This document shows positions 39,138 to 50,173 of a stretch of DNA of 64,000 nt, in pieces. Origin of the DNA: Pelagomonas calceolata (taxonomy: Eukaryota); assembly GCA_918797485.1 (NCBI GenBank), contig CAKKNE010000001.1, positions 2,790,001 to 2,854,000 on the forward strand, given 5' to 3'. The position numbers and the translations under genes are program-made. Each line of letters opens with the position of its first letter. Within the stretch, counting starts at the first letter, position 1. A model generated the notes under the pieces. It saw only the letters and a program-made list of their open reading frames with translations, was not told where the DNA came from and made no database searches.

Positions 39138-39719
39138 ACTCGAACGGGCCATGACTTCAAGTTCATATTTGTTTGATGCCGCTATGATAGTATGATTATG
39201 AAAGGCGGTTTCTCTGGGATTGATCATCACCAATTTTAAGTCATGGTTCATCAGGCAAACTGGCTAGAAGCAGGCTCTGTGATCGCGGCGGCGGCTGCCG
39301 GATAGATAATCGCCTTGCCTGGACGCCGCGTCAACCGGCCCGGGCCTTTCGGACGCATGCGTGGTCACCCCAGATCGCCTAAGAACCTACCATGACAGTG
39401 TGATACGATCGAACTCAAATCTACCCATCCGATGGCTCGGTCGATTGATTGATATCCTACTAGTAGCCTGAGGTTGGTATCTGATGATACCAGGCCTAGT
39501 TGGTTTGCTTAAAGCTAGCCCGCCCCGTTCCGGCCCTCATACGCCGTCGCCCCGAGTGGTCAGAGGGGCGGAATCCCAAGGCCGCGACGGTGGCGCATCG
39601 GGGGCCGCCGCGGGATAGCGACTAGTTACTCAGGCTACAAGTGAACCAAAAAAATGTCTTATTTTGGCTCAGAGGTATTATTGTACTAAGTACAAGGAGC
39701 GGATTCGAGACCGGGCCGC

Positions 39720-40181
39720 GGCTAAATTCTAGCAAACTCCCCTGTGATATGTGCGCGGGTGCGATGCAGCTGACATCGTGCCAACGCAGACTCCATTGGG
39801 TATCTCGCTGATTGTGCGAGACATCAAAAGATACGACGCAGGAACTTAAGAAAACGATCACGGTACTCATTTGGTGATACACAGGAACTCCTTGTAGTGT
39901 TTAAGTCCCCTCGTGAGGATATTGAGGTCAGTCTCTAGGTGCTTTCGAACATTGTACTTCTGTAAAATGTCAATAATACCCAGGTAGTAGAGTTCACGTT
40001 GTCCACGGCCTGAGTCGGATATGCCCTCGATGGCAACATCGTAAGCAGCCGGAAGCAGAAATTCGTCTGTGACGGCGTTATTGGTGGTCCTCGCATTTCG
40101 CACATTGGCATGATTCAGCACCATCACCAAGTCCGAATGGAGATGCCTTGAGCGACTGAATGGCCGTGACAGCTGGAGCAA
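39720..40181 (-). pseudogene. Phosphatidylinositol phosphate kinase (PIP5K) C-terminal fragment
   Basis: LYYLGIIDILQKYNVRKHLE and downstream DVSCIAPAH match the PIP5K C-terminal motifs; no N-terminal kinase lobe fits before the KCS stop at 40242. Confidence 0.6.
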
Positions 40182-40241
40182 TTTTCACGTTTACCTCTGC
40201 GGGTGTACTGAGGGAGCTTGGGTGCCTTGAATGTGACTAAG

Positions 40242-41909
40242 TCATTCCTGGAGGCACAGCCACACCGCGCTATTGCATTTGAAACCACTTCCAAATGCAA
40301 CTTGAAGAACACGGTGGCCCTTTTTCGGCTTTTGAAATTTGCGCACATATTCCATCTCATACCAAATGGAAGAAGAGGAAGTATTCCCGTAGTTAAAAAG
40401 TGCATACTTGCTTGGCTCTGCGTGTTCTGGCTGCAATTTAAGGTTTTTAGCAACGCCATCAACCACAGCACGACCACCTGCGTGAATACACCAGTAATCA
40501 ATGCCGCGTTTAAAGTCTGGAACATATGTAGGAATCTTGACAGGAACCCAGTTCGACAGAAGTTTCTGCAAGCGTGATGTTGCTGTTTGATTGCGATTAT
40601 TCAAGAGCTTCCAAAGATACTTGCAGATTTTCTTTTTGGCAAGGCTGTAAGCGACTCGTATCTGCTCTGAGAGCGGGAGGACGTAGGGGCCGAGGACAGT
40701 GAAATTTTTTTCCATTGTATGGCCTGCTATATTTACAATATTTCGATCCAGCCTGACACCATGTTCACCATTGGCATCTTGGCATTCGTAGACGGCAGCA
40801 TACGCCTCGTCCCCGGTACCCTGGGTACGGACAACACGAAGCAGCTTGAATTTGGCTCTCTGGCCATCACGCCATTTGTTGGACAGCATAATGGCAGCAC
40901 CACCACAGCGAAAAAGAGTATTCTGGAGCAACATGCTTCTGTCATTTCCATGATAAAGATTCTGCGTCAAGTTCTCCGTCGAAACAACAAGCGCAACCTT
41001 ACTCGGATGAGAGCGCAGGATGTTTTGCGCAAGTTCGATTCCAACAAGACTCGCAGAGCAACCCATACCACTTATGTTATAAGCCATGACATTTCCACGC
41101 ATGTTGAAACGATTCATGACCATGGCGCAAAGAGAAGGAGTGGGCGAGAAGAGACTACAGTTGATAATCAGAATATCTACCTCTGGCGCTAGTATGCCGG
41201 TACGCTTGAGGCAGTTATGGACTACGTTGCAGATTACTGTCTCTGATTCCTTACGTGCTGCCTCAACGGACTGGTCTGCGATTTTGGATTCGTCTCTGAG
41301 GCATTGTGTTATGCCTGGGGGCCAAGCAGTCCGCTGTCCGGTCCCAGACTTATCAAGAATTCTCTTCAGAAACATGATGCTCTCCTCAGTGAAGCACCTC
41401 TGACGCTGCATACAAGTCATCAGTTGGTCATGAGTCAATTGCCAGCTCTCGGGGGGCTCAAATGTCACAAAATCTACCAGGTACACAGGATGGTGGTGTC
41501 TGGCAAGATACCACACAAGGCATAACCCCAAGAGCGTCGAACGCCAAGACATATCCAGCAGCGCTGGAGGAAGACCCTGCAGAACCTTCAAAGTGATCTC
41601 AATGGGTATGCTTGGACCAATGGTTATGACGTCAAATGTAATCTGTGCTGTTAGGTAGCAAAGCATAGTAACCAACACATGCCTACAAGTACCTTGTGCT
41701 CGGAAGAATAATTATTGAATAACTCTGTACTACGGGTAGAAAGTCATGGCTACATGCCACCAATTGACCATCCCAATTAAGCGCGATCGTTGCACAGTAT
41801 ATTCAGCATGATCCCCAGTATCCGTAGATGCGAGGGAACCGTCCGAATCCACACGATTAAGCCTCCCATCGTCGCCCATATTCCGAATCGAAGAGGCTGA
41901 AACAACCAT
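40242..41909 (-). CDS. KCS: 3-ketoacyl-CoA synthase (FAE1/KCS family); short 5' exon plus main exon
   Basis: VYLVDF, DILIINCSLFSPTPSL, YNISGMGCSA, LLQNTLFRCGGAA, YVPDFK..CIHAGGRAV, YGNTSSSSIWYE, AFGSGFKCNSAVW. Confidence 0.93.
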
Positions 41910-42778
41910 ACGTCAATACCACGATACCGTGGCATACAAGCTCGTAGATTTCTTACGGTATTATGGTATTATGTAGCAAGCAAATGTCGCTGTGTTGAAT
42001 AATGTAAAAAGAGTCCTCGGCCACCTCGAGAAAGACAGCCCCCCGTTCCCGACACGAGTGTTGAGGTAAAGTTGCCCAGTGGTCTCAGGCTAGAGGCAAA
42101 GCAAGCCGGCGGCGCCGTCACTGGCACGGTTCAACAGTGACTCGCCGGCGGACTTCACTGGCCGCAATAGAAGAACAGCCGAGTGTACTAGTAGTCACTA
42201 TGACCCTCAGGCTGGCCCGAGGAAGATACACCATAGGCTAGGGTAGGGCAGGCTAGCGGGTTTTCCTCTCCGAGTCTCTGCTACCCCCGGGCCTGGAGTC
42301 CGAGTCGGACGGAACGTCCACCAGGACTATTCTGCCCTACACACATCCACTCCAAGTCAAAACTGCGAAGCCCCAAATGACATGTGATAGGGCACATGGG
42401 CACTCAGGTTTAGTCCAGAAGTGCCAGTCACGGTGGATGTCCGAGACCACCTCCAATCGACCGTGAACCCAACTTGAACCGACTACTACACTATGCACCC
42501 CTCTGCTGACTACAAGAGCTCCGGATGGCCTGAGGTTGTGGTCGAAACCCGGGGTCCGACTTCTTCCCGGCTACTTCAGCCAGCCTCGGGCTGAGGGAGG
42601 AGTACTATACGCCGGCGCGGTCTTGGGGCGGCGGTCTTCCCATGCTGTCCACCGGCTGCGTTCGAGGTACTCCGGCCAGGCATATCTGATGCACCACCTG
42701 CTGTCCGAGTCTAAGCCCGCACGCTATAATCTTTAGATACTTTCTTCAGCCGGATACTCACTACTACGGTATGGGACT

Positions 42779-45223
42779 ATGGAGAATGAGTTGCGTGCGC
42801 GCATTAATACTGAACTGCAGTTCGCCGCTTATAAAAAGGAATGCAGCGAGATGAAGCTATTACTGGAAACCTACAACCAAAACATTATGGCTGTACAGGC
42901 TAAAATCGAGGCACAGACAGTGGAATTGGCTGCATTACGAGATAGAGCAGGAACCATCACGCGATCCCGAATAGACACGAAAAACCATAAAGAAAGCATG
43001 ACAACAGCAGTTGAATCAGGAATGCAAAAAATAGGTGTTCTTCAGGCAAGGGAGAAGCACAATCGATCTCGAATAAATGAGCTCCTCGCAACAACAGAAA
43101 ATCTAAAATTGAAGGTTGAACAAGGCCCCGGCTGGTCAGACGAACAAGAGGCTCACAGACAGCGTATCATGGAGCAGATAGAGACTTTAACAGTTAGTAT
43201 TGAGTCCAAAAAAGTATTGTCGTTGGCCTTGCAATCAGACACCAAGAGATTGCATCAAGTTGTTGATCGAGAAGAGCTAGCTCTAGAACAAGAGCGCGCT
43301 CACATCAATGAAATCTATGCGCAGGTCGAGGTCAGACGTGGAGAAGCTAGGCAAGAACAGCGTAAAAAATTGGCGCTTGATGAACGGCTTCAGCAGGTCC
43401 AAGTAGAAGTAGGACATCACTCAGCAGTGTCGAGAGAGCTAGCAAACGGTGAAAATGTGGAAGAAACGGAGATCGCAGACACAGAGGCTCATTTGTTCAA
43501 GTCCAAGCAAGAGATGGAGCTGAATCTTAAGGAATATGAGAAGCTGTTTAAACTAACACAGCAACTGACAGAACAACTGGAGTCCTTGATGTACGCAAAT
43601 GAGACAACAGAGAATGATAATGAGTTGCTGCGCCACCATGTTACTGAAATGGAACAACGTGTAACTTCTCTAGCTGCCAAAGTGAAGCAGACAACAAAAG
43701 CCAAGGAGTCAATGCTTAAGAAGCTCTCTGCGGTAGAACAATTGCATGAGCGTGGAGCAACAGAGCGCGAAGGACTACGTGCAAGTATCATGCGACTAGA
43801 AACCTGTGAAATTCGACTGGCCCGGCGTGAAGGAGAAACCTACAAAAAGCAGCTCGAAGATCTTGGTCGAGAACATGAGATACTTAGCCGAAATTTTGGT
43901 ACATCGGAGACAACATCACAACTCATATTTGACCTGATGAAAGTCAACCAGAACGCAAAAAAGAATCTTCAGAATGAGATACAAAGTTACACTAGAAACA
44001 TAAAGTTACAGCGGGCACAGATAGAGGACCTCGTGCAAGAAAATGAGCGTCATGAACGAGAGACAAAGGGAGCTTCTCGCAAGTACTATGTTGCACTTGA
44101 ACAGCTCAAACTGCAAGAGGTGCAAATCTCCGAAATACACCACAAGATAATCGATGATGGATCTCGGTTGAAGCAGCAAAAAAATTTATATGATACAGCA
44201 CAGTGTGATAAAAACCTGAATTCCAAAAGCCTTGTCAAGTCGCAAGAATTGATAGCAGACCTGCAACGTCAATTTAAAATCATGAGCCACCAAATTGAGC
44301 AATTAAAACAGGAAATCACTACAAAGGACCGCAATCTTGTGAAGGAACATTTCAATCACCACAATGTTGTGAAGGAGTGCGAGTTCTTGGGGAATGAGCT
44401 CACGAAAATAAGGAAACAAATTGTGTCAAGCGAACAGATATTATTGAACCAACGCACCGAAATACAAAAACTTACCCAAATCACGCAGGAGGCTGACGAG
44501 GAGCGCCAGCGCCAGCGCAAAGAATATGATGCTCTTGTTGGCGAACATGAGATACTCAGTTCTCAACTAACTCAGCGCAACCACGAACTTGGCTTGGTCT
44601 ATGCAAAAATAAAGGCGCACTGGTCCATTCTGCAGCGTGGCGAGTCCTACTATGCTGAAAAGGCAACCGAGCTTCGACTTTTAACTAAGCATGTCCAGGA
44701 CAGACAACGCAAGCGCCATGATTCTGCAGTTCAAATGATCTCAATTAAAGATCTTCAACAGACACACCTCAATCTCGAAAGGAAGTTACTACACGAGCGC
44801 CATAAGAATAAGGCTCTTCGAGACAAACTGGAGCGCCCAATCAATGTGCATCGCTGGAGAATCCTGGAGTCTTCAGATCCTCAACGCTTTGAGATGTTAA
44901 AAGCAATTCACAATCTTCAGAAACAAATTGTTCTGAAAACAGCGGAGATATTGGAGAAAGATTCATTGATTCAAAATAAGGAACGCGCGTACATCAAGCT
45001 TAAAAAGCTCCTTAGCCGGCAGCATGGTCACCAAGCCATGGACCGACTAGTCGCCTACAAAAATAACCTCAGGGAGAAAAGAGATCAAATGAAGGCAATG
45101 ATGGTGGAGCTTAAAATGTATCAGCAACAAGTTGCTACGTTTCGCAGTGAAATTGATAGCATTTCTTGCATTCTGGATACTGCCAAAGCAGAGTGGATAC
45201 GAGGGCGCCTAGCAGACCGGTGA
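42779..45223 (+). CDS. CFAP58: Cilia/flagella-associated coiled-coil protein, CFAP58-like
   Basis: 814 aa coiled coil with FKIMSHQIEQLKQEI..LVKEHF and LERPINVHRWRILESSDP, characteristic of CFAP58/CCDC147. Confidence 0.8.
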   Translation: MENELRARINTELQFAAYKKECSEMKLLLETYNQNIMAVQAKIEAQTVELAALRDRAGTITRSRIDTKNHKESMTTAVESGMQKIGVLQAREKHNRSRINELLATTENLKLKVEQGPGWSDEQEAHRQRIMEQIETLTVSIESKKVLSLALQSDTKRLHQVVDREELALEQERAHINEIYAQVEVRRGEARQEQRKKLALDERLQQVQVEVGHHSAVSRELANGENVEETEIADTEAHLFKSKQEMELNLKEYEKLFKLTQQLTEQLESLMYANETTENDNELLRHHVTEMEQRVTSLAAKVKQTTKAKESMLKKLSAVEQLHERGATEREGLRASIMRLETCEIRLARREGETYKKQLEDLGREHEILSRNFGTSETTSQLIFDLMKVNQNAKKNLQNEIQSYTRNIKLQRAQIEDLVQENERHERETKGASRKYYVALEQLKLQEVQISEIHHKIIDDGSRLKQQKNLYDTAQCDKNLNSKSLVKSQELIADLQRQFKIMSHQIEQLKQEITTKDRNLVKEHFNHHNVVKECEFLGNELTKIRKQIVSSEQILLNQRTEIQKLTQITQEADEERQRQRKEYDALVGEHEILSSQLTQRNHELGLVYAKIKAHWSILQRGESYYAEKATELRLLTKHVQDRQRKRHDSAVQMISIKDLQQTHLNLERKLLHERHKNKALRDKLERPINVHRWRILESSDPQRFEMLKAIHNLQKQIVLKTAEILEKDSLIQNKERAYIKLKKLLSRQHGHQAMDRLVAYKNNLREKRDQMKAMMVELKMYQQQVATFRSEIDSISCILDTAKAEWIRGRLADR

Positions 45224-45829
45224 CTATGGCTTGGAGCAAATGGGACCGCGACTAGAGACCACGATCAGACTGAAACTTCTAAGATCACCACCGTGAGTCT
45301 TACTGGCACGCCTCCATATTTTAGCTTAGCCCCCCCCCCGCCCGTCGGGCATTTCTTTCGAATTAGAAATTGACCCATCCTCCATGAGTTGTAATCAAGA
45401 TGAACTACCCTGCGAAGTACGTGGCAACCTCCAAAATTATCGGCCCGGGGGCCTGGGGTCAAGCGCAATGAGCGTACAGCCACGTGTCGGCCGAATCATG
45501 GCGGGAGGTTTTTGCTGAGGCGCAGGTTCCGAGTCGGTATGATGAAATAATGGGCTGTGCAAAGTTTCAAGTTGGTGCCAGTGTAGTGCGGGCATCCTCG
45601 CGCGGGGAAATCAATTGCGCGGGTAACCAGCCCCCCCCCCAAAAAAAAAACCAAAATCGCCTCTGTAGACGTATAGGTTGAACCATAATTACGAAAGAAA
45701 CTTCACCCACCGTGGATATCTATATCACCCACCGTGGGGATTCCCTCCACCGAGCGCCCGAACGTCGCGCATTGGTCGGGGGGACTCGTAGGGCCCTCTT
45801 AAGGGTCGGCTGAGGTCAGGGTGGTGTAT

Positions 45830-46270
45830 GGGGATCGGGACTAGGGCGCAGCGGCGCGCTGAAAACGGCAAAAACCCGTGAATCTCGATTAAACGCGATT
45901 TTGTTTTGGCCTCGTGCGCAGCCTAAACGCACCCATAGGCAGCCCCAAGCTATTTCTGACCGCTCAAGGGGTCGGCCGAGGCGGTGCGCCAAGAAAAAGC
46001 GCGGCAGCACAACATTTCGCGATGCGCCAAATCGCTCTCCTACCACATGATGTGCGATACGCGATGTGGGCACGCCACTGCACAAAAAGCGGTGCGGACA
46101 GTACGGTGGGTATGCCCCGAGCCCCGCGGATAACTTCAAGCGCTCGAAAAGCTGGAAATCATTGCACCGCGGCGGCCGCGTCGAGGTCGACGCGGGACGA
46201 ATAGAGAGCTTCGAGGGCGCTCCTGCGAGAAACCACGGGCCCGGGGACCGGCGCGGGGTTATAGTCGATG
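45830..46270 (-). repeat. ~440-bp dispersed repeat (module D), inverted relative to 63477-63920
   Basis: Reverse complement aligns along its length with 63477-63920; the ORF track shows near-identical spurious translations. Confidence 0.9.
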
Positions 46271-47159
46271 CGGGCGACGACGATGCGGACGACGACGACG
46301 ACGATTTGGAACTTTGAGACTCCGCCGTCCGGCCAGCGGCCTGCCCGCGGCCGGCGCACCCCAAACCCCCCTACCGTTTGCAGCCCCTGTTTTGCGTGAA
46401 TATTAGTCATTACCTTAAGTATGTTCGTAGCAAGTTTCGGGGTTCAAGCTATTCAGGGAGAAAAGCTACGGTAATTCCTCACTTTGGGTGCAGGCCCCTT
46501 TATAGGACTCAAATGGGCCCCACGATGGACTCCTCCGTCACATGTGTGGCGTGTCTGCCGTCGACACCAGCAGGGGCAACCCTCCTCCGATGGGGGGTGA
46601 GATCATTTTTTAATACCGCTCTCCCAGCGCAACCGGCTTTCGAGGCTGGGGGGCTTCGCGGATCCTACAAGCTCGTAAGGTCGCAATATAATTGAATTAC
46701 GGCTCATTTGGCATCTAAACGGTTAGCGGACGGTTTTTCCCGTGAGCGCCCGTTTTTGCAAAATGGGCCGTAATTCATTTCTCTCTCATGCTGTCGCCGA
46801 CGGTCGAACTGTGCGGCTTGAGGCCGCTGGGGGATAGATACATACTCCAATGTTTGGTCCTAGCACGTCCTAGCTAATGGGCTCAGGATCCAATCCAGAG
46901 TCTGCGTATAACGGTTATAGTAAAGCTAGTCGTGGAGTGACATGAGCCTGAGGAGTAAACTATCTTTTTGATCACGTAAAAAGCTTGTGCAAATTGTTTC
47001 ATTGTCGGTGCACGCTGCTAGTTTTGTGTAATTGATACGTTTGCTGCCCGTTAAGACTTCTTTGCCAGGTGCAGCGGGAAAAAAATGAGGGGTGCCCAAG
47101 CAGTTTCAACCCACACCCCCTCTAGAAAAACAGACTGCACTGGCAGTACATTGCAGTCG

Positions 47160-49608
47160 TCAATACAAGCGGAATGCTAGGTTGCGCAGATCTGGGCTAT
47201 TTGTTACAATGTGATCTAGAGTAGTCAGTGCTAGAACTTCTTCAAAGAGATACTCCTGGGGAAATAGCTCAAGATCATGCGCACTAAGCTTGCCACTAGA
47301 AGACTGGTGAGCCGCTTGCACCTCATCAAGCTGAATAGGGCTCATCTGCAAGGCAGAAATAGCTTGGTGGAGCCAGTGGGGAGATGAGGAGTTTGAAAAG
47401 ACCCATTTTTCGCAGCGTACAAGCGCCCGGAGGCCGGCTGTTTTCTCAAAGTGAAGTGTTCTGCCTTCAGCTTGTGCTTCCCAGCGGCCACTCGCAGTAG
47501 GTGCTACTGAAGCCAGTACCATCGCCCCGACATTCAATATTTCCAAATGCTCTGTTGTCTCGCAGAGTGTGGTGTACATCTCAATTCCGTAGCAGTCTTC
47601 AAACACAAGGTGATTAGGACTAAAGGAAAGCAAAGTGCACGCGGCCAGTGAGGTGGCCTAAGGTAAAGGCAAAATTTGTTTATTGAGACCGTCTAACATT
47701 ACGCGGACATCTTTAGGCGCACATGTACTGCTGATAGATAATGTCGTGTATGTGCAAGCGAACCACATCCAAACTCTGACACCACTCGCACGCATGCCGC
47801 GAGGGCACCAAGTTGTGCAAATTGGGCTTTGTTGGCTCTGGACTTGTATGCAATAGCAGCTGTGGCGTGCGCAGCTGCTCTGAGTACATGAACATAGCCA
47901 CATTTTTGAAGCCCTCGGACACACCAGGTCATTGCATCACCAGAGGCTAGTCCTGTTTGAGCTGCTTCATCCAAAGCCATATTTGCCAGTGCCCTATACC
48001 TGTGCGTATATTCATTGCGAAACTATAAACTTTTGTGACTTTTTGTGCACGCCGCTGGATCACGCTGCTTCAAGCAGTCTGTCCTCGTCTAGAAAGTCTG
48101 TAGCACCAATTGCAGAACAAATTGCAACGTCAGCTCGCGCCATGATACATCTCGCAACTGAGAAATGAGATCCGTATGCAACGTTCGCTATTGCCTGAGC
48201 TGCGTTTCGGACCGGCCCCCCATGACGTGCAAAGAGAATACATGAAACTATATGTTCAATACCACCCAGCTCAGCAACGAGTTGTCGATTTGGCTCCGAT
48301 GAGTTCCTAGAATACAAGGAAGGCATCATCGGAGTATTCCACTATATACTGGCTCTTACGTGAGATTTGTAAATGCAGCAAGGGCTGCCTCCTGGATAGA
48401 CTCATTTACCTGCATACCGTTAAATTCGGCACTCAAGAAATGATCTCCTGGTATCGGTGATAGCTGAGAAGCGGCCAATAATCGAACAAGGATGTTTATG
48501 CCCTTTCTGTTTGCAATTTGCTGCCTATTTTGGGGAAGCAGAGACAGGGTACTAAGTGTACGACAGGCCTGGGCGAGGACAGTTGGGTGTTGTACTATCC
48601 TCATGCAATTAATAACAACCAGAATTCCATTTGCCTGTACTATATTGCTTTTTTGTGCAAATCACTTCTCATTACACGACACGGCTTGCTGCGTCAGCAA
48701 TTTGGCTACACACAAGATCACCTCTACGAGCGAGATGTGCCAATGCCATCAGGCATGGGCCAGTCACCAACGCTGCAGCATCTAAAGTAGCCTGAGCACA
48801 AGAACATGTTTATTGTATTCCCTTCAATACCAAAAGACACCGACAATCTTGAGACACTGTTGCTAATGCTTTGGTCATTACTTTTATTTTTTGTTTGTTG
48901 CATTGCCTGATATGGCTCAGCGACTTATTTAAGGAATAATACTTGCTGTAGCTGCACCTTGTTGGCCCCATCAACCATAGAGATGAGTATGCTTACAACC
49001 CTCGAGGACATGAGCTTTTCCTGAGACACACTTGAAGATGATATAGCAACATTCAGTGCACAACGACAAAAAGCAAAATCCACCGCATCAAGCAAAAGGT
49101 CAACATCTTCTTCATGATCATTGGCGTTGGCCGTGAGTCGTGGGAGGCGACGGACATAACCCTGTAGCCATAGTGACAACAATGATTTTTCAGCACGTTC
49201 TTGCTGTGCAGCAAAATTAGCCGCTATCTCTTGTGCACCAGCCCGTGCGTCACGAGAGATGACCACTTTCCTTGTGGTTGCCTCCAGCCTGGCAACCTTT
49301 TCTCCCAGAGCATTCAGGCGTCTGTCCAATGAGTCCAGTAGATCGAGAGACATAGTTCGCAAAGCAACACTAAACTCGTGTTGTGCTGTGTCAAAGTACG
49401 CATCAGGGTCCTTTATAGTCCTCAACCTTTTACACACCACCTGTGCTGCGGTTACGCGATGTTCCAGAGAGGGAGAGGCGGCCTTATTCATCCGAGCTGT
49501 TATGTTATTACGGGCACGAAGTCTGCCAGCGCGTGAGTACCATCGTTCCCCAGCCAAGGTCAGCCCGGACACTCGGGCACCCTCGGCGCGAGGGACGTCC
49601 GACCCCAA
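47160..49608 (-). CDS. Armadillo-repeat protein (multi-exon; start codon uncertain, first in-frame ATG ~49490)
   Basis: ARM-like segments QACRTLSTLSLLPQNRQQIANRKGINILVRLL, NRQLVAELGGIEHIV..NAAQAIANVA, ANKAQFAQLGAL. Confidence 0.75.
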
Positions 49609-49779
49609 AACTTGGCAAAAGGCAAAAGATACGAGCTTTTTATTGTCTGCAATGTATATACCGCAGTATATGCATGCAGAGAGAAGGAAAATAAAATCAA
49701 GCTAATCCAAGACCCACCCACTCCCGCGTGAACAGGCGACCTCCTCGCGGCGCGGACGACTCGGACTTTGCCCGGGGCC

Positions 49780-49925
49780 TGGGCCGGGCGGCGGCCGGCC
49801 CCGGCCCCGGGCCGCCGGCGGGCCCGGGCCCGGCCCGGGCCCGGCCCCGCCGCGGCCGGCCGCGGGCCCGGCCCGGGACCCGCCCCGGGGGCCGCCGGGG
49901 CACGGGCCCGGGCCGTCACGGCCAG
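49780..49925. repeat. Nearly pure G/C palindromic tract (GGCCCGGG units)
   Basis: ~140 bp with almost no A/T between divergent genes. Confidence 0.85.
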
Positions 49926-50173
49926 GGGGATCAACTATGGCTGGGGGCACCGTGACCGGGCAATCACCCCCCCCCCCCAAGATAAAGACAAGTTGCAGCC
50001 CTTATATTGTTACCGCGACATCCTACTGCAGTATCCTAAGTCGATTATCTCCGATATTTCGTAGATATACCGCAGTATCCTTTTTTAAATCTATTTTTAC
50101 GGCCCCTTTTGTTCCTCCTCAGCTTGCGCGCGCCAACCGAGTTCAAGCTGGCTCGTTCCTATATTCCCTTGGT

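Noticed and set aside
45816..46364. 182-aa ORF with a near-identical counterpart at 63443-63949
   Set aside because: Similarity comes from the inverted repeat D; no recognisable domain, and all frames are equally similar.
49560..50064. Overlapping Gly/Pro/Arg/Ala-rich ORFs
   Set aside because: Artefact of the stop-free pure-GC tract.
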